A program made the position numbers and the translations under genes. A stretch of DNA of 64,000 nt from Cycas panzhihuaensis (taxonomy: Eukaryota; Plantae; Cycadophyta): assembly GCA_023213395.1 (NCBI GenBank), contig CM041465.1, positions 45,763,741 through 45,827,740 of the forward strand. The letters are read 5' to 3'. This document shows, piece by piece, positions 1-12,599 of this stretch (positions are counted from its first letter, which is position 1; the number at the start of each line of letters is the position of its first letter). The notes under the pieces are model-generated. The model did not search any database. It was not told the DNA's origin and saw only the letters and a list, made by a program, of their open reading frames with translations.

Positions 1-2184
1 CCCTTTGTTGATAAATGATTAATTAATCTCTTTAAAAGAGGTTTATAACAATATCCTTCAGAAACACACCAAAAGATTGTGTTCTCATGAAATCATAGAA
101 TACTTTATCAAATAGAAAGTAATAGATAATAGTGAGGTGACATGGGAATATGAGGAATGGATGTAATAGTATTAAAATTTACTAGTGCTTTGAGAGAAAG
201 GCACAATTCTGAAGGAGAGGAACCTATAACAACTCCATTAGTCTGGATGACCTCCCTCACCCTAGGGAAATCAACCTTAATATAGGGCTTAACATACACT
301 ATTTTTATTCTTATTTTAGTCAACTTCTTAGAGTAGTTCTAGATGACTAAACTCTAGTTTGTGACTTCATTCTGGCTTACTTACATTAGGACTATTTGGC
401 CACTTGTTTAAGGGCCCTTGAGACGTCATTCTAGGGCATCACATCGAATAACTTGGCTACCATATTTGTAGCCCTAGGGTTGTAGTATTTAGGAGGGAAC
501 CTCACCTTGAAGAGGATAGTTATAAGAAGGGACATCATTGTAAGTTGTACTTAACATTTATTCAAGTATTATCACATCTATCTTATACTCTAGATTAGTA
601 TAATCTTGTATATTCATCTTTTGTCCATAAGAAGAAATATCACATATTCCTTATTTTTGGTTTATATTTTCTTGTATATTAATATTTATAATAGTAGTAG
701 AAGAGGTACTATTATGTATATTTTCTTTATTTAGGTTTGTTTATGTTCAAGAGATACCTTGGTGTCACTACACAAACTAACTTAGAACAAGCCTTTTAGA
801 CCCATGGATTTGAGGACTCATACTAATTACAAATCTCCACTCTATTTTAGCCCTTCCAATGTGCATAGACAAAACAAGGAATGCAATACAAAAAAGAGAT
901 AATACGAGCCTTTCCTCCCTTTCATTTTGATTATTTTTATATGCTCCTTTCCTTTATAAATGAAATTACTTATATGAGAGATTTAGGGTAAAGCAAATAA
1001 GTAGGTCAAGCATGCAAGCAATGTTCTCCTTTCTTTCTTTTCAAAATAAACTTTAGAATTAAAAATACATTTAAAAGAAAAGTTCTTTTTTTTCTTCCTT
1101 TGAAAGTGAAATAAAGGTTATAAGAGGAAAACCTTGAGTTTAATTACTTCTTATTTTCATAATTTAATCTCTTATTTTCATGATTTTAATCTCTCCTCAA
1201 TGTAAGTTTGTTCAAAAGCAATAAACCACATTAAAAAGAATGTACATATATAAAAAAAAAAATTAAAGAAAATTTAGCAACATTTTTACTTACCAAATTG
1301 ACTTATTATAAGAACAAGTTTTAATCAAATATCAAAATCAACAAAAAAAAAGTTTAAAACACACTTAATGAAAGCATACCTCTTCAATGATCCTAACAAG
1401 ATTTGGGTAGCACTTTAGCTATGCAACATGCACTATTTAATTTGGTGGAAAGAATGGATAGAATAAAATGATGACTCCAACTTACTCCTTGCTCCCAAGC
1501 CTAATCTAAAAATAATAATTTAATGCATTTCTCCACATATCAAGTTAGTGTATACTATAGAAAAAACTCTCAAATTTAATAATGATAAAATGAGAAATCA
1601 AATTAAAAATAATAATGATTAAAAAAATAAAAGGATCCTCAAAATTATCAAGGTTTCCACCATATTAAGAGCTCAAATAGTGTTATTTAGCCTTTGTTCT
1701 CCTTCCTACACACTCTCATAGAAGTAGAATGAAACATATAAGGTGTAGAAAGCAAAAAACTAAGAATTCAAGCATAAAAAATAATTAAAAAAACACAATC
1801 TAAAATGAGATAGAATACAAATGGTATAGCGGTCTTTTCCTAGCATTTGGTTAGTGAAGGATGCTTATGGTATATGGCTCCAATCCAAGATGTCTCTAAT
1901 AATAATCTATCTGCAATCTCCAAGACAAAAGTGGAAGTCAATGAAGAAAGTAAATAAAAAAGAAAATTCTATTAGAAATTTAGAAGTATTCTAACCACAC
2001 AATACTACAAATTTTGACCTTCCTTTCCCATGTAAAAATGGGGGGTTTTTATAGATGTTATAAGTTATAGGAGAAGTTAGGAACTTCATGATACTATGGT
2101 GAATTTTATGATACCATAAAATTTCCTAGAGATACAATACAATGTAGGATAGGCATATTTCAATATAGGATAGTTTAAAATTAG

Positions 2185-4800
2185 CAAGGATGTTGCTATT
2201 GTTGAGCAATTTGTAAATTGATTTTCCTCCCTAGAAACATGCTCAATGTTGAAAGTCCAAAGCTTATTAATAAGTTCTAGAGCCTTTTACCTATAGGCTT
2301 TTAGTTTCTGACACTAAATAGAACATTACCTCTTAATCTATTATACCACTAGATTAGAATCTCCATAAGCCTTTAATAATTTTATGTTTAAACTCTAGCC
2401 TTTTTAAAACCATTGAATCTATGCCCCATACTCTATGATGTTGTTTTTATAATCAAAAGTGAATAAGAGAATCTACTTAGAAAGTATGTAAGTACAACCC
2501 TAACACCAACCCCAATTCTAGATTTTATACCATCAAAATATAAGGACCAAATCTAAGTGAGGTTAGTCTTTTCTTCATTGCATCGTAACTTATCTATAGT
2601 AGGTAGTTCATCCCTTAGACCAAGCAAGACCGTAAATGTGCCCATTCTACTAAGCTTAAATGAGCACACTATTATTTGCTCCCATATGTCCTACATGTAA
2701 ATAATATACTTATATTTCCTCAAGAAAGAAAGGAAATCTCTACCTAATAGGAAAGAGATAGTATTCATTTTGATCTTTAACATTAATCCAATTTGATTAA
2801 CCTAATCCCTTCCCAAAAGTAGAACATAAATGGGTGGTATCAACCACCATTATTGAAATCATTATTATTACCTTTAGATTGGCCAAAATGTTAACCAACA
2901 AATCTTTGATGTGTTCCACCATAGACATAACTTTGAAATTAAGGGCCATCACTAGTTGATCAACCTTTAAGCATTCTAATCATAATGTTTGACTAATATA
3001 GTAGGGTAGTAAATTATATGCTAACCTTATATCCACTATACAATTGTGTAAGATGAAGTGGCTATGAATATTGATGAATAGATAAAATAAAGGGTTCTTA
3101 GACTTTATGGAGAGGATGACTACTTTAATTAGCTCTTCTCCTTATATCACCATGACACTTTTACTACCTCCCTTTCCCTACAACAAATTTACTAACTTCT
3201 TCCTTTGAGTAGGGAGAATCATGGCTTTGTATAAATTCATGCCCATGGGATATCTCATCAAGTCTTTCAAAATATCATAATCCTCAAATATATAGAAAGG
3301 CACACTATCTACTTATCTTAGGAATAGTTGGTTGTTTAGTGAAGAGTAGATTTTTAAGAGGTTGATTAACTAGTTATTTCATGGATTGCTACACCATTCC
3401 TCCTTTATTAGGCCTTGAAAACTTACTCCTCTGATCATTTGAACTCTAACCTCCTTATCTTTATCCTTGAGCTACCCCCTAATCTTTTGTTAATACTACA
3501 AAATCCATATCATCAAGAGTACCCATTTTTGGCTCCACAAATGAAGCCATTAAAGGTTCATCAAATTGGAAATAAAATGGTTCCCCTTATATTAGTCCTA
3601 AAGATATATCTTTGAATCTAATTATTTGTTCATTAATGAATTGGTCTTATAACTCTTGTTTATAATTGGTTGAATCAAGCTCAGGCTTAATCCTTCTTAT
3701 CACTAAAGGTTGATAAGGATCCTTTTCCTTAGTTTGCCTTTTTTATTATTACAAATCATTATTCAATTTTCTTATGAGGGTATAAACTTAAGAATCTGAG
3801 GACTATTGTAGCATAAGAGGTGCTTCCTTCCTTACCTAAAAAGTAGGTGGGGAGGTAGTCTCTCCAAATTTACTCATTAACTTCTTCTTGCCTGTGGCTA
3901 GCCCCTTAGCCTTCTCACTAGCAATTGGAAACTTATATATCAGCATTAGTCTTGTATCATTAACTATTCCTTCTAATAACCACTCAATTTAAGCTTCATT
4001 TGAGGGTTTGTTAATTGGATTGGTCCTCTTTACTATCCTCTTAGACCCTTTCATGTAACTAGAGACTAACACCCTAAGGCCTCTCCTAGTGGTGGAGAGT
4101 ACATTCATAAGTGAGGCATCTATTTTAATGTTGAAGTACTTTGGTTTAAAGGCCTCCATTATTTTCTCTAGTAAGTAATAGTGCCAATAAGTAGGGATTG
4201 AAACTAATCTATAACTCTACCCATAAGTAAGAACATAAATAATCTCACTACCACATTGACTTAAATGATACTTCATGTTTTTGTTATTAGCAAATATTGC
4301 ACAAGGTGTTACTCACCAATTATAGTTTTATCCACAACAAATTTGGGACAAGCATCCTAGGTCATACCCAAAATATCATGTAAAATGCCCACTAAATTTA
4401 AAGGATTATTTGTCATCTATGGCATAAGCTCATCATGATTATTTCCTCCATTATTTTGGTCTCTTATGAAACTAAGCCTAACCTCCTATTCTCCATGCTC
4501 CATATTATCCTCCATTTGTTTAGTTTGGGGCATCTATAATTCCTCCCTTATGGTAGAAAGCTTAGAAGCTCTAAAATGAGGGTAGGCCTAAATTGGACTC
4601 ACGGTTCTTCTTTGAGAAAGTTATACAAACTCTTCCTTTATACTCTATATCCTTTGCAAGCAATCATATATCCTCCTAATCAACTTTACCAACCTAGTAG
4701 GATAATTTATAAATAAAATAATTCTAATGAAAGAAAGTTTTATACAAATGTATTTAAAATGCATAGATTTTGGATTAATGTCCCTATTATGGTCACCAAT
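2185..4800 (-). mobile_element. Heavily decayed Ty3/Gypsy (Tat-type) remnant: gag, protease, additional (archaeal-type) RNase H
   Basis: Manual minus-strand translation through stops and frameshifts. Gag-like PLNLVGILHD..PKF near 4350-4410. Protease-like PFYLSI..LHNCIVD (~3030-3100) and VVD..LLLGRD (~2800-2850). aRH-like WSLYFDG..GVGV, NNIIEYGA, KAYGDSNLVV and FNIEHVSREENQ at ~2550-2200. Boundaries approximate. Confidence 0.7.
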
Positions 4801-4879
4801 TTATATTGTCATCTAATTTTGTGTTGACCAAAATACCCTAACCAAATAATAACCATGGTTTGCTATGCTCAAGGCTAAC

Positions 4880-5933
4880 TGATCCAGGAGGATCTACCAT
4901 ATGTTTACAGGATGCGGAAAATGCTAGGCATTGGCATAACTAAAAGAGATATGGCCAAATGGTATCAAAATTCTATGAAATTTTGTTTAAAGGGATAAGA
5001 CACATCCCACTAGATGTGTACAAAAGGTGGGGTTCAGAAAATATCATTTGATTAGAGTTCAAGCCTTGTCTTTGCATAAAAATTAATCCCACAGCTAGCA
5101 GAAAAAAACAGAAAATATATATTATAATTATATGAATAGAAACATGGCCAAATGACATCCAAAGGAGCTAAAATTTTGAGGAAGTGGAGGAGACATGCGT
5201 TCCTATATGTGTACCAAATTTAAGATGAATTGGAGTCCGTTAAGGTGAGTTACAAGCCGCAACTTGTAAGAATTACATGAAGGCCACTTGGACAGAAGAA
5301 AAATAGCAAATACATATTATTATTAAATGAATAAAAATGTAGTCAAATGACATCCAAATGAGCTAAAATTTTGAGGAAGCTGAGGGGACATGTGTTACTA
5401 TATGTGTACCAAATTTGAGCCAAATTAGAGTACGTTAAGATCTGTTACAATCTGAAACTTTTTAAGAATTGTATGAAGGCCACTTGGACAACATGCATTC
5501 TGGTGGTTGGTGGTTATACTTGCATGATTGCCACTTATTAAACATGCAATTCAGGTTTCTTTCTATAAATTGATCCCTTCTACAGGTTGGATTGGTGGTT
5601 CTTGGAGACTTGAATTGGGAAGCATCCTTGGAGAGGCATTTGGAGGGTTGGAGTCCCCCTTATGGTATAATTGTAACATTTATTCCTTGTAATTTTACCA
5701 TTCTTTTGCTAGTTGATTTCTCCACCATTAAATGGAGATTTTCATGGTTTAATAAAAGTATTATTCCTCATACTTTTAGATCAATTCCAAGAATAAATTA
5801 TTTGGTGTAGAATTTTCCTTTCATGGGCTCATTGTTGTTTTGATGTTATTGAGATTTCTACACTAACTCCCAGGATCTCAAGGAGAAAAGGTTGATAATT
5901 GACTTCTTCACCAACTAAGCTCTTTTGGGATCA
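4880..5933 (+). repeat. 5' LTR of the Gypsy element (1054 bp)
   Basis: Direct repeat of 10558-11610; TG...CA termini; contains an internal ~195-bp tandem duplication (~5100-5294 and ~5296-5490). Confidence 0.96.
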
Positions 5934-5938
5934 TATTT

Positions 5939-5950
5939 TGGTATCAGAGC
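5939..5950 (+). promoter_or_regulatory. Primer binding site (tRNA-iMet)
   Basis: TGGTATCAGAGC just after the 5' LTR end. Confidence 0.95.
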
Positions 5951-6066
5951 CTCTGATCTTTGTTGTAGGGACTTGAATGGTACAAACAAGGAAAGGATAC
6001 AAAGAGAAAGGTGAAGACTTTCTTGTGTTGTAATCACCAAGAAGACAAAGAAAGAATCCAAGCACC

Positions 6067-9000
6067 ATGGCTGAAAAAGAAGATGGAGAAATTAGATTTG
6101 AAAGGCTTGAGAAGAACATCGAAGCCTTGATGCAAATGATGACCCACCTTCTACCTCTAGTCAAAGAAAAAGGCAAAGAGAAGGAATTTGAAAGAGGATC
6201 CACATATGACCACGACCATGAAGAGGAAGAGGAGGAGACCTTAAAGCACTCTTTTGAAGAAAACAATGGTACTTCATCTCATCAACCCTTCAAGGTGGAG
6301 GCAAAGTTGGATATTCCAACTTATGATGGAGAGGTAAATGCTGAAAAGTTGGACCATTGGTTGGATCAACTTGAAACCTACTTCACAATCTATGCTTATA
6401 GTAATGCTCAAAAGTGTTCATTTGCTAGGCTCAAGTTGTGTAAACATGCATTGACATGGTGGAATGCATATTTAAAGACTCATGATGTATCTTCTTTTTC
6501 ATGGAGGGATTTTAAGAAAATAATAAAGAAGCAATTCTACCCCATAGGTCATGAGGAAGACCAATGGGTCACTTGGCAATATTTACGCCAAGGGAGAGGT
6601 GTAAGTGTCCAAGACTATACTTTTTAATTTTTTAGGTATGGCATGCTACTTGGTATTAATATGGATGAACATGTCACTCTTATGAAATTCATTGGAGGAT
6701 TACATGAATACATAAGGAAGGAACTAAGGCTTTTTAAGGTTCAATCCATTGGAGAAGCAAGTAGGATGGCTATGGCAATAGAAAGTAAAAGTAAGAAATC
6801 TACATTCATGTCTAAAGATTCTACTTTTACTTCTAATAAGTATGAAAAGAATCCTAAATGGCACTCATCAAAAATGCAAGAAGGAAAGAAGAAAAGAACT
6901 AATTTTGTTAAAAGTTCTAACTATTGTGAGCATTGTGATATTAGTGGTCATATTACAGTAAAGTGTTGGAAGTTGCATCCAGAACTAAAACCGAAGCATA
7001 TCAAGGATATGGAATTAAGAAAGAAGGAAAAAGGGAAAGCACTACTTTCTGAGGTGGAGATTCAAAGTGAAGGAGAAGAAGAGAAGGTCACTCTACTTAC
7101 AAATTATGAAGATGATGCTACAAGGGATGAACTATTTCACTTGAAGCTTCAAGTGGGAAATAGTATGATTGGTGCCATTATAGATCCAGGAAGCCAAAAG
7201 AATTTGATCTCAGAAAGTTTGGTAAAGAGCATTGGTTTGGTAACTACTCCTCACCCTCACCCATATCCTCTTGGTTGGATCTATAAAGATGTAGAAATGC
7301 AAATATCAAAGCAATGTACACTTAAATTTTCCATCACTAATGATTTTGTTGATGAGGTAATATGTGATGTGGTGCCACTGGATGTATGCCATGTTGTGCT
7401 TGGAAGTCCCTACTTGTGGGATCGAGATGCACTCTTCTATCGAAGGGAGAGAAAGTATCGATTGATGAAGGATAACAAGGGCTTCATCATAAAGGCCACA
7501 AAGAAGCACTTGGATAAGATAGCATTAATTTCAGCTACTCAAGCAAAAAGGATGATCAATGCATGTGGTAAATTTGTCATCTTAATGGTAAGGAGAAAAG
7601 AAGAGCCAAGAGATGAAGAAGGTCCTTCTACTCACACTCTTCTTATATCACCTAAACAAATGCAACAAATTGAGGAGTTAAAAATAAGGTATGATATTCT
7701 ATTTCAACATGTTGATGGGCTTCCACCAAAGAGAAAGATAGAGCATGAAATCACTCTTGTAGGAGATGCACCATTACCTAATGTTGCTTTGTATAGGCAC
7801 TCCATTGTAGAAAATAATGAGATAAAGAGGCAAGTTGAGGAGTTGCTTGATCAAGGGGTCATAAGACCTTCATGTTCACCTTGTGGGTCACCAATTGTCT
7901 TGGTGCCTAAGAAGGATGGAGGATGGAGAATGTGTATAGATTTTCATGCTTTGAATAAAATTATAATTAAAAATCGCTACCCTTTGCCTCGTATAGATGA
8001 TTTGCTTAACCAAATTCAGCATGCTTGTTATTTCACTAAATTGGATTTAAAAAGTGGTTATCACCAAGTTAGGGTCAAGGAGGAGGACACATGGAAGACG
8101 GCCTTCAAAACAAAGCAAGGACTCTTTGAATGGATGGTTATGCCTTTTGGATTGTGTAATGCTCCTGCAACATTCATGAGGCTAATGAATGAAATATTAA
8201 GGCCTTACTTGGATAATTTTGTTGTTGTCTATCTTGATGACATTTTGATTTTTAGCAACACATGGGAGGAACATTTACAAAGACATAGAAGAAGTTTTAA
8301 AGACTATGGCTAAGCATCATTTGAAGCTTAATGTGAAGAAGTGTGAATTTGGCAAGGAGAACTTGATCTTCTTAGGCTTTGTGGTTGGAGGAGGAGAGTT
8401 GAGCATTGATCCACTCAAGACTCAAGCCATCCTCAAATGGCCTAGGCCAACAAACATCACAGAGGTGAGAAGTTTTTAGAGCTTGTCAATACTTGAGAAA
8501 GTTCATTCTTCATTTCTCATAGGTTGCAAGACCTCTACATGGATTGACAAAATCTAGTAGAAAGTTTACTTGGGGTTCCAAGGAGGAAGAAGCCTTTCTT
8601 CTTTTAAAGAAGAAAATTTGTGAAGCACCGGTTTTGGCAATGTCAAATTTGCAAAGGCCTTTTGAAGTAGAAGCTGATGCAAGTGGAAATACGATGAGAG
8701 CTGTCCTTATTCAAGATGGGAAGCCTATTGCGTACCATTCGGAAGTCTTCACCCCTCAAGTGAAGAACTACCCAACATATGATCGAGAAATGTTCGCACT
8801 TCATCAAGCATGCAAGCATTGGAGGTCATACTTGCTCGGAAAGAGGTTGTAGTTCATACCGATCATAAGCCTCTTCAATTTTACAAACTCAAAGTAAATT
8901 ACAAAGAAGCAAAACACATGAAGTGGATGAGTTATTTACAACAATTCAATATTGTAATTAAGTATAAAAAGGGATCTAATAACAAAATTGTTGATATGTT

Positions 9001-10516
9001 ATCTAGACCACCTTGTTCCACTTCTTCTTCTACTTTTGTTTGTAGTTCTCTTATGAGTTTGCGGTGGAACCAATGCATCATGAAGAGTACAAAGACTTGT
9101 ACCATGAAGATGAAGCTTTGAAGGAAGAATTAGAGAACCTAGCGAAAGGAAGACCTTCCCAGCTTGCTTGGAAGGATGGTCTACTTTTCAAAGGGAGCAA
9201 CTCTATGTTCCATCAAAAGGAGACAAGATCAAGTGGCTTAGAAGCCCATACTTCTAAAGTAATTTGGTCACTTTGGTATAGAAGACTTTAGAAAACTTGA
9301 GAAGATATGTTGTATGGCCAAAAATGCAAAATGATGTAAAAAATATGTAAAAGGATGTGTAATGTGTAATACTTCTAAGCCTTCTTCTAGAAAATTAGGA
9401 TTGTATACACCACTACCTATTCCCACTAGGCCTTGGGAAAGTATCTCCATTGATTTTTTAGGGGGACTTCCCATGACTAGGAAGGGACATGATTATCTTT
9501 TTGTTGTTGTAGATAGGTTTAGTAAAATGATATGTCTAATACCTTGTAAGAAGACAATCACAGTGCAGAGCGGTGAGTTATTCTTCGAGCATGTATGGAA
9601 GAATTTTGGCTTGCCTTCTTCCATCATTTCAGATCGGGACACTCGATTCCTTTCATCATTTTGGAAGTCACTATGGGAGATGATGGATACCAAATTAAAG
9701 AGGAGTACAAGTTTCCATCCTCAAATAGATGGACAAACCAAAGTAGTGAACAGAACTTTGGTACATCTATTGAGGGGATACAATTCCAAGCATCCAAAGA
9801 CTTGGGATGAATCATTGGCTTTTCTACAATTTGCTTTTAATAGAGCAATGCATGCATCACACTCTAAAGCACCTTTTGAAGTTTGTCTGGGATACTTACC
9901 TCAAAGTCCATTTGACTTAGAGTTTTCCATGCAAGCTAAGGAAGGATCTGTCAAAGAGAAGGAGGAGCATGACAAGGCTTTAAGATACTTGGAGAAGATC
10001 CGAGAGTCCACAAAGAAGTACATGATCAACTTCTAAGGACTCAACAAAAGTACAAGGAAAGACATGACAAGCATAGGAAAGAGTGTACTTTCTAAGAAGG
10101 AGATTTAGTATGGTTATACTTGAGCAAGGAGAGGTTAAAAGGAGAAGGTAAGAAACTCAAACCTATAAGGTATGGACCATTCAAGATTTTGAGAAAAGTA
10201 GGTGGCAATGCTTTCCAACTTGATCTTCCACCTTATATGCAAATATATTCAGTAGTAAATGCTAAATACTTAAAACTCTTTGAGCCCTCCATGCTAGATG
10301 AGGAACAAGACCAGTTCATTTTACCTTCAGTTGATGATTTGTATTTGGAAAGTGAGGAGCCTCTCAAGGAAGATTGTATCTTGGAGAAAATCTACCAAAA
10401 CAAGACATAAGACACATGAATCTTTTAGGATTGGAGTAGCAGGGCAATTGCCTAGTAAGGCCAAGTGGTTTAGTAGGCAACAAGGAGAACAACACTTCCC
10501 CCATCTCCAATTCTAA
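6067..10516 (+). pseudogene. gag-pol polyprotein with stops and frameshifts
   Basis: Gag KLDIPTYDG; zinc knuckle CEHCDISGHITVKC; protease IIDPGSQKN; RT YLDDIL; RH VEADASG; integrase PWESISIDFLGGLP and GPF motif. ORFs 6067 and 6643 are in the same frame, separated by one TAA. Several frameshifts follow 8300. Confidence 0.95.
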
Positions 10517-10541
10517 GCCAAACAGGAGTTGGCTATTTTCC

Positions 10542-10554
10542 AAGGAAGGGGGAG
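10542..10554 (+). promoter_or_regulatory. Polypurine tract
   Basis: AAGGAAGGGGGAG just before the 3' LTR. Confidence 0.9.
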
Positions 10555-10557
10555 CCA

Positions 10558-11610
10558 TGATCCAAGAGGATCTACCATATGTTTACAGGATGTGGAAAAT
10601 GCTAGGCATTGGCATAACTAAAAGAGATATGGCCAAATGGTATCAAAATTCTATGAAATTTTGTTTAAAGGGATAAGACACATCCCACTATATGTGTACA
10701 AAAGGTGGGGTTCAAAAAATATCATTTGATTAGAGTTCAAGCCTTGTCTTTGCATAAAATTTAATCCCACAATAGCGAGAAAAAATAGAAAATATATATT
10801 ATTCTTATATGAATAGAAACATGGCCAAATGACATCCAAATAAGCTAAAATTTTGAGGAAGCGGAGGAGACATGTGTTCCTATATGTGCAGCAAATTTAA
10901 TCTAAATTGGAGTCCGTTAAGGTTAGTTACAAGCTGCAAGTTTTAAGAATTGCATGAAGGCCACTTGGACAGTAGAAAAACAGCAAATACATATTATTAT
11001 TAAATGAATAAAAATGCAGTCAAATGACATCCAAATGAGCTAAAAATTTGAGTAAGCTGAGGGGACATGTATTCCTATATGTGTACCAAATTTGAGCTAA
11101 ATGAGAGTACGTTAAGATCTGTTACAAGCTAAAACATTTTAAGAATTGTATGAAGGCCACTTGGACAACATGCATTCTGGTGGTTAGTGGTTATACTTGC
11201 ATGATTGCCACTTATTAAACATGCAATTCAGGTTTCTTTCTATAAATTGAGCCCTTATACAGGTTGGAGAGGTGGTTCTTGGAGACTTGACTTGGGAAGC
11301 ATCCTTGGAGAGGCATTTGGAGGGTTGGAGTCCCCCTTATGGTATAATTGTAACATTTATTCCTTGTAATTTTACCATTCTTTTGCTAGTTGATTTCTCC
11401 ACCATTAAATGGAGATTTTCATGGTTTAATAAAAGTATTATTCCTCATACTTTTGGATAAATTCTAAGAATAAATTATTTGGTGTAGAATTTTCCTTTCA
11501 TGGGCTCATTGTTGTTTTGATGTTATTGAGATTTCTACACTAACTCCCAGGATCTCAAGGAGAAAAGGTTGATAATTGACTTCTTCACCAACTAAGCTCT
11601 TTTGGGATCA
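10558..11610 (+). repeat. 3' LTR of the Gypsy element (1053 bp)
   Basis: Direct repeat of 4880-5933, followed by TSD CTAAC. Confidence 0.96.
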
Positions 11611-12599
11611 CTAACATAAGGGCAATGACAACAATAGAAGATCAAAGACCTTTCTCTTTAGTAGGGGAGTTTCTTTTTAATAAAACAATATGAAATTATG
11701 TATTTACAAATGAAGTATTAGCAAGATCTGCATGGACTAAGCCACTTAAAGAACTAAAACATGAAGGGAAAAATTCAATGATGGTTTAAGTCAATCAAGG
11801 TGAGCTAACCAACCCTACTAAATTACTCATCCACTAACCCAAAGAATCATTGAACATAAGGGCTAGGAAGAGGATACAAAATCAAAGAACTGATCAAATA
11901 GACCAACCTTACTAAATCATCCCACTAGCCATTTGATTTTAAAATAAGGAAGGAAAAAAGTGAAATGAAGGTAATTGGCAATGTGTAGGGATTTTTTAGC
12001 AGTGTTTAGGGGTGCCAATCTTAGTAAATAACCTAAAACACATTAACATGTTAATAGACTATCCCTAATTAAGTAAATACACTGCTACTGAAACCAAACA
12101 TTCATCCCTCTTGATTCAATAACTAGTTGAACTAAATTGCCAAACTAATAAAATGAATGGAGATCATAGTAGCTTAAAACAAAAAGGAAATAAACTAAAT
12201 ATCATATTCAACACCATAGATACAAGATGAATGGAGAACCATAGTAGCTCATAACAAAAAGAAAATAGATTAAACAACATATTAAACATCAAATTAGAGG
12301 ATATATTTATTCATTAATCAATTGCTAAAGTAATTTTTACAAATGCTCAATGAATCACTATATTTGAATTATATCAAATGTGTTATACACAAACATTAAC
12401 CAAGGCTAAATGAGATTTGCAATACATCAAGATATATAAAGAGGACCTATTTACAAGGAATTTCAAGAGAAAATATGCCTTGAAACCTTAAAGACAAACC
12501 AACAATCTTTTAAGGATAGTGAGTTCATAATGAAATTTAGGAGTAATGCTACTCACAAATCATTAAGACAAACTAACAATCTCTTAGGAAGATAGTAAT

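Larger units (their letters stand above)
4880..11610 (+). mobile_element. Full-length Ty3/Gypsy chromovirus-type (CRM-like) LTR retrotransposon, now disabled
   Basis: Two ~1.05-kb LTRs with TGATCC...GGATCA ends, 5-bp TSD CTAAC (4875-4879 and 11611-11615), PBS, PPT, and domain order gag-PR-RT-RH-INT. Confidence 0.97.

Noticed and set aside
2321-2335. Apparent minus-strand PPT and TG start of an LTR
   Set aside because: The aRH reading continues through it, so it is coding remnant.
4973-5810. Short ORFs repeated at 10651-11460
   Set aside because: They lie within the two LTRs and are duplicated only because the LTR is.
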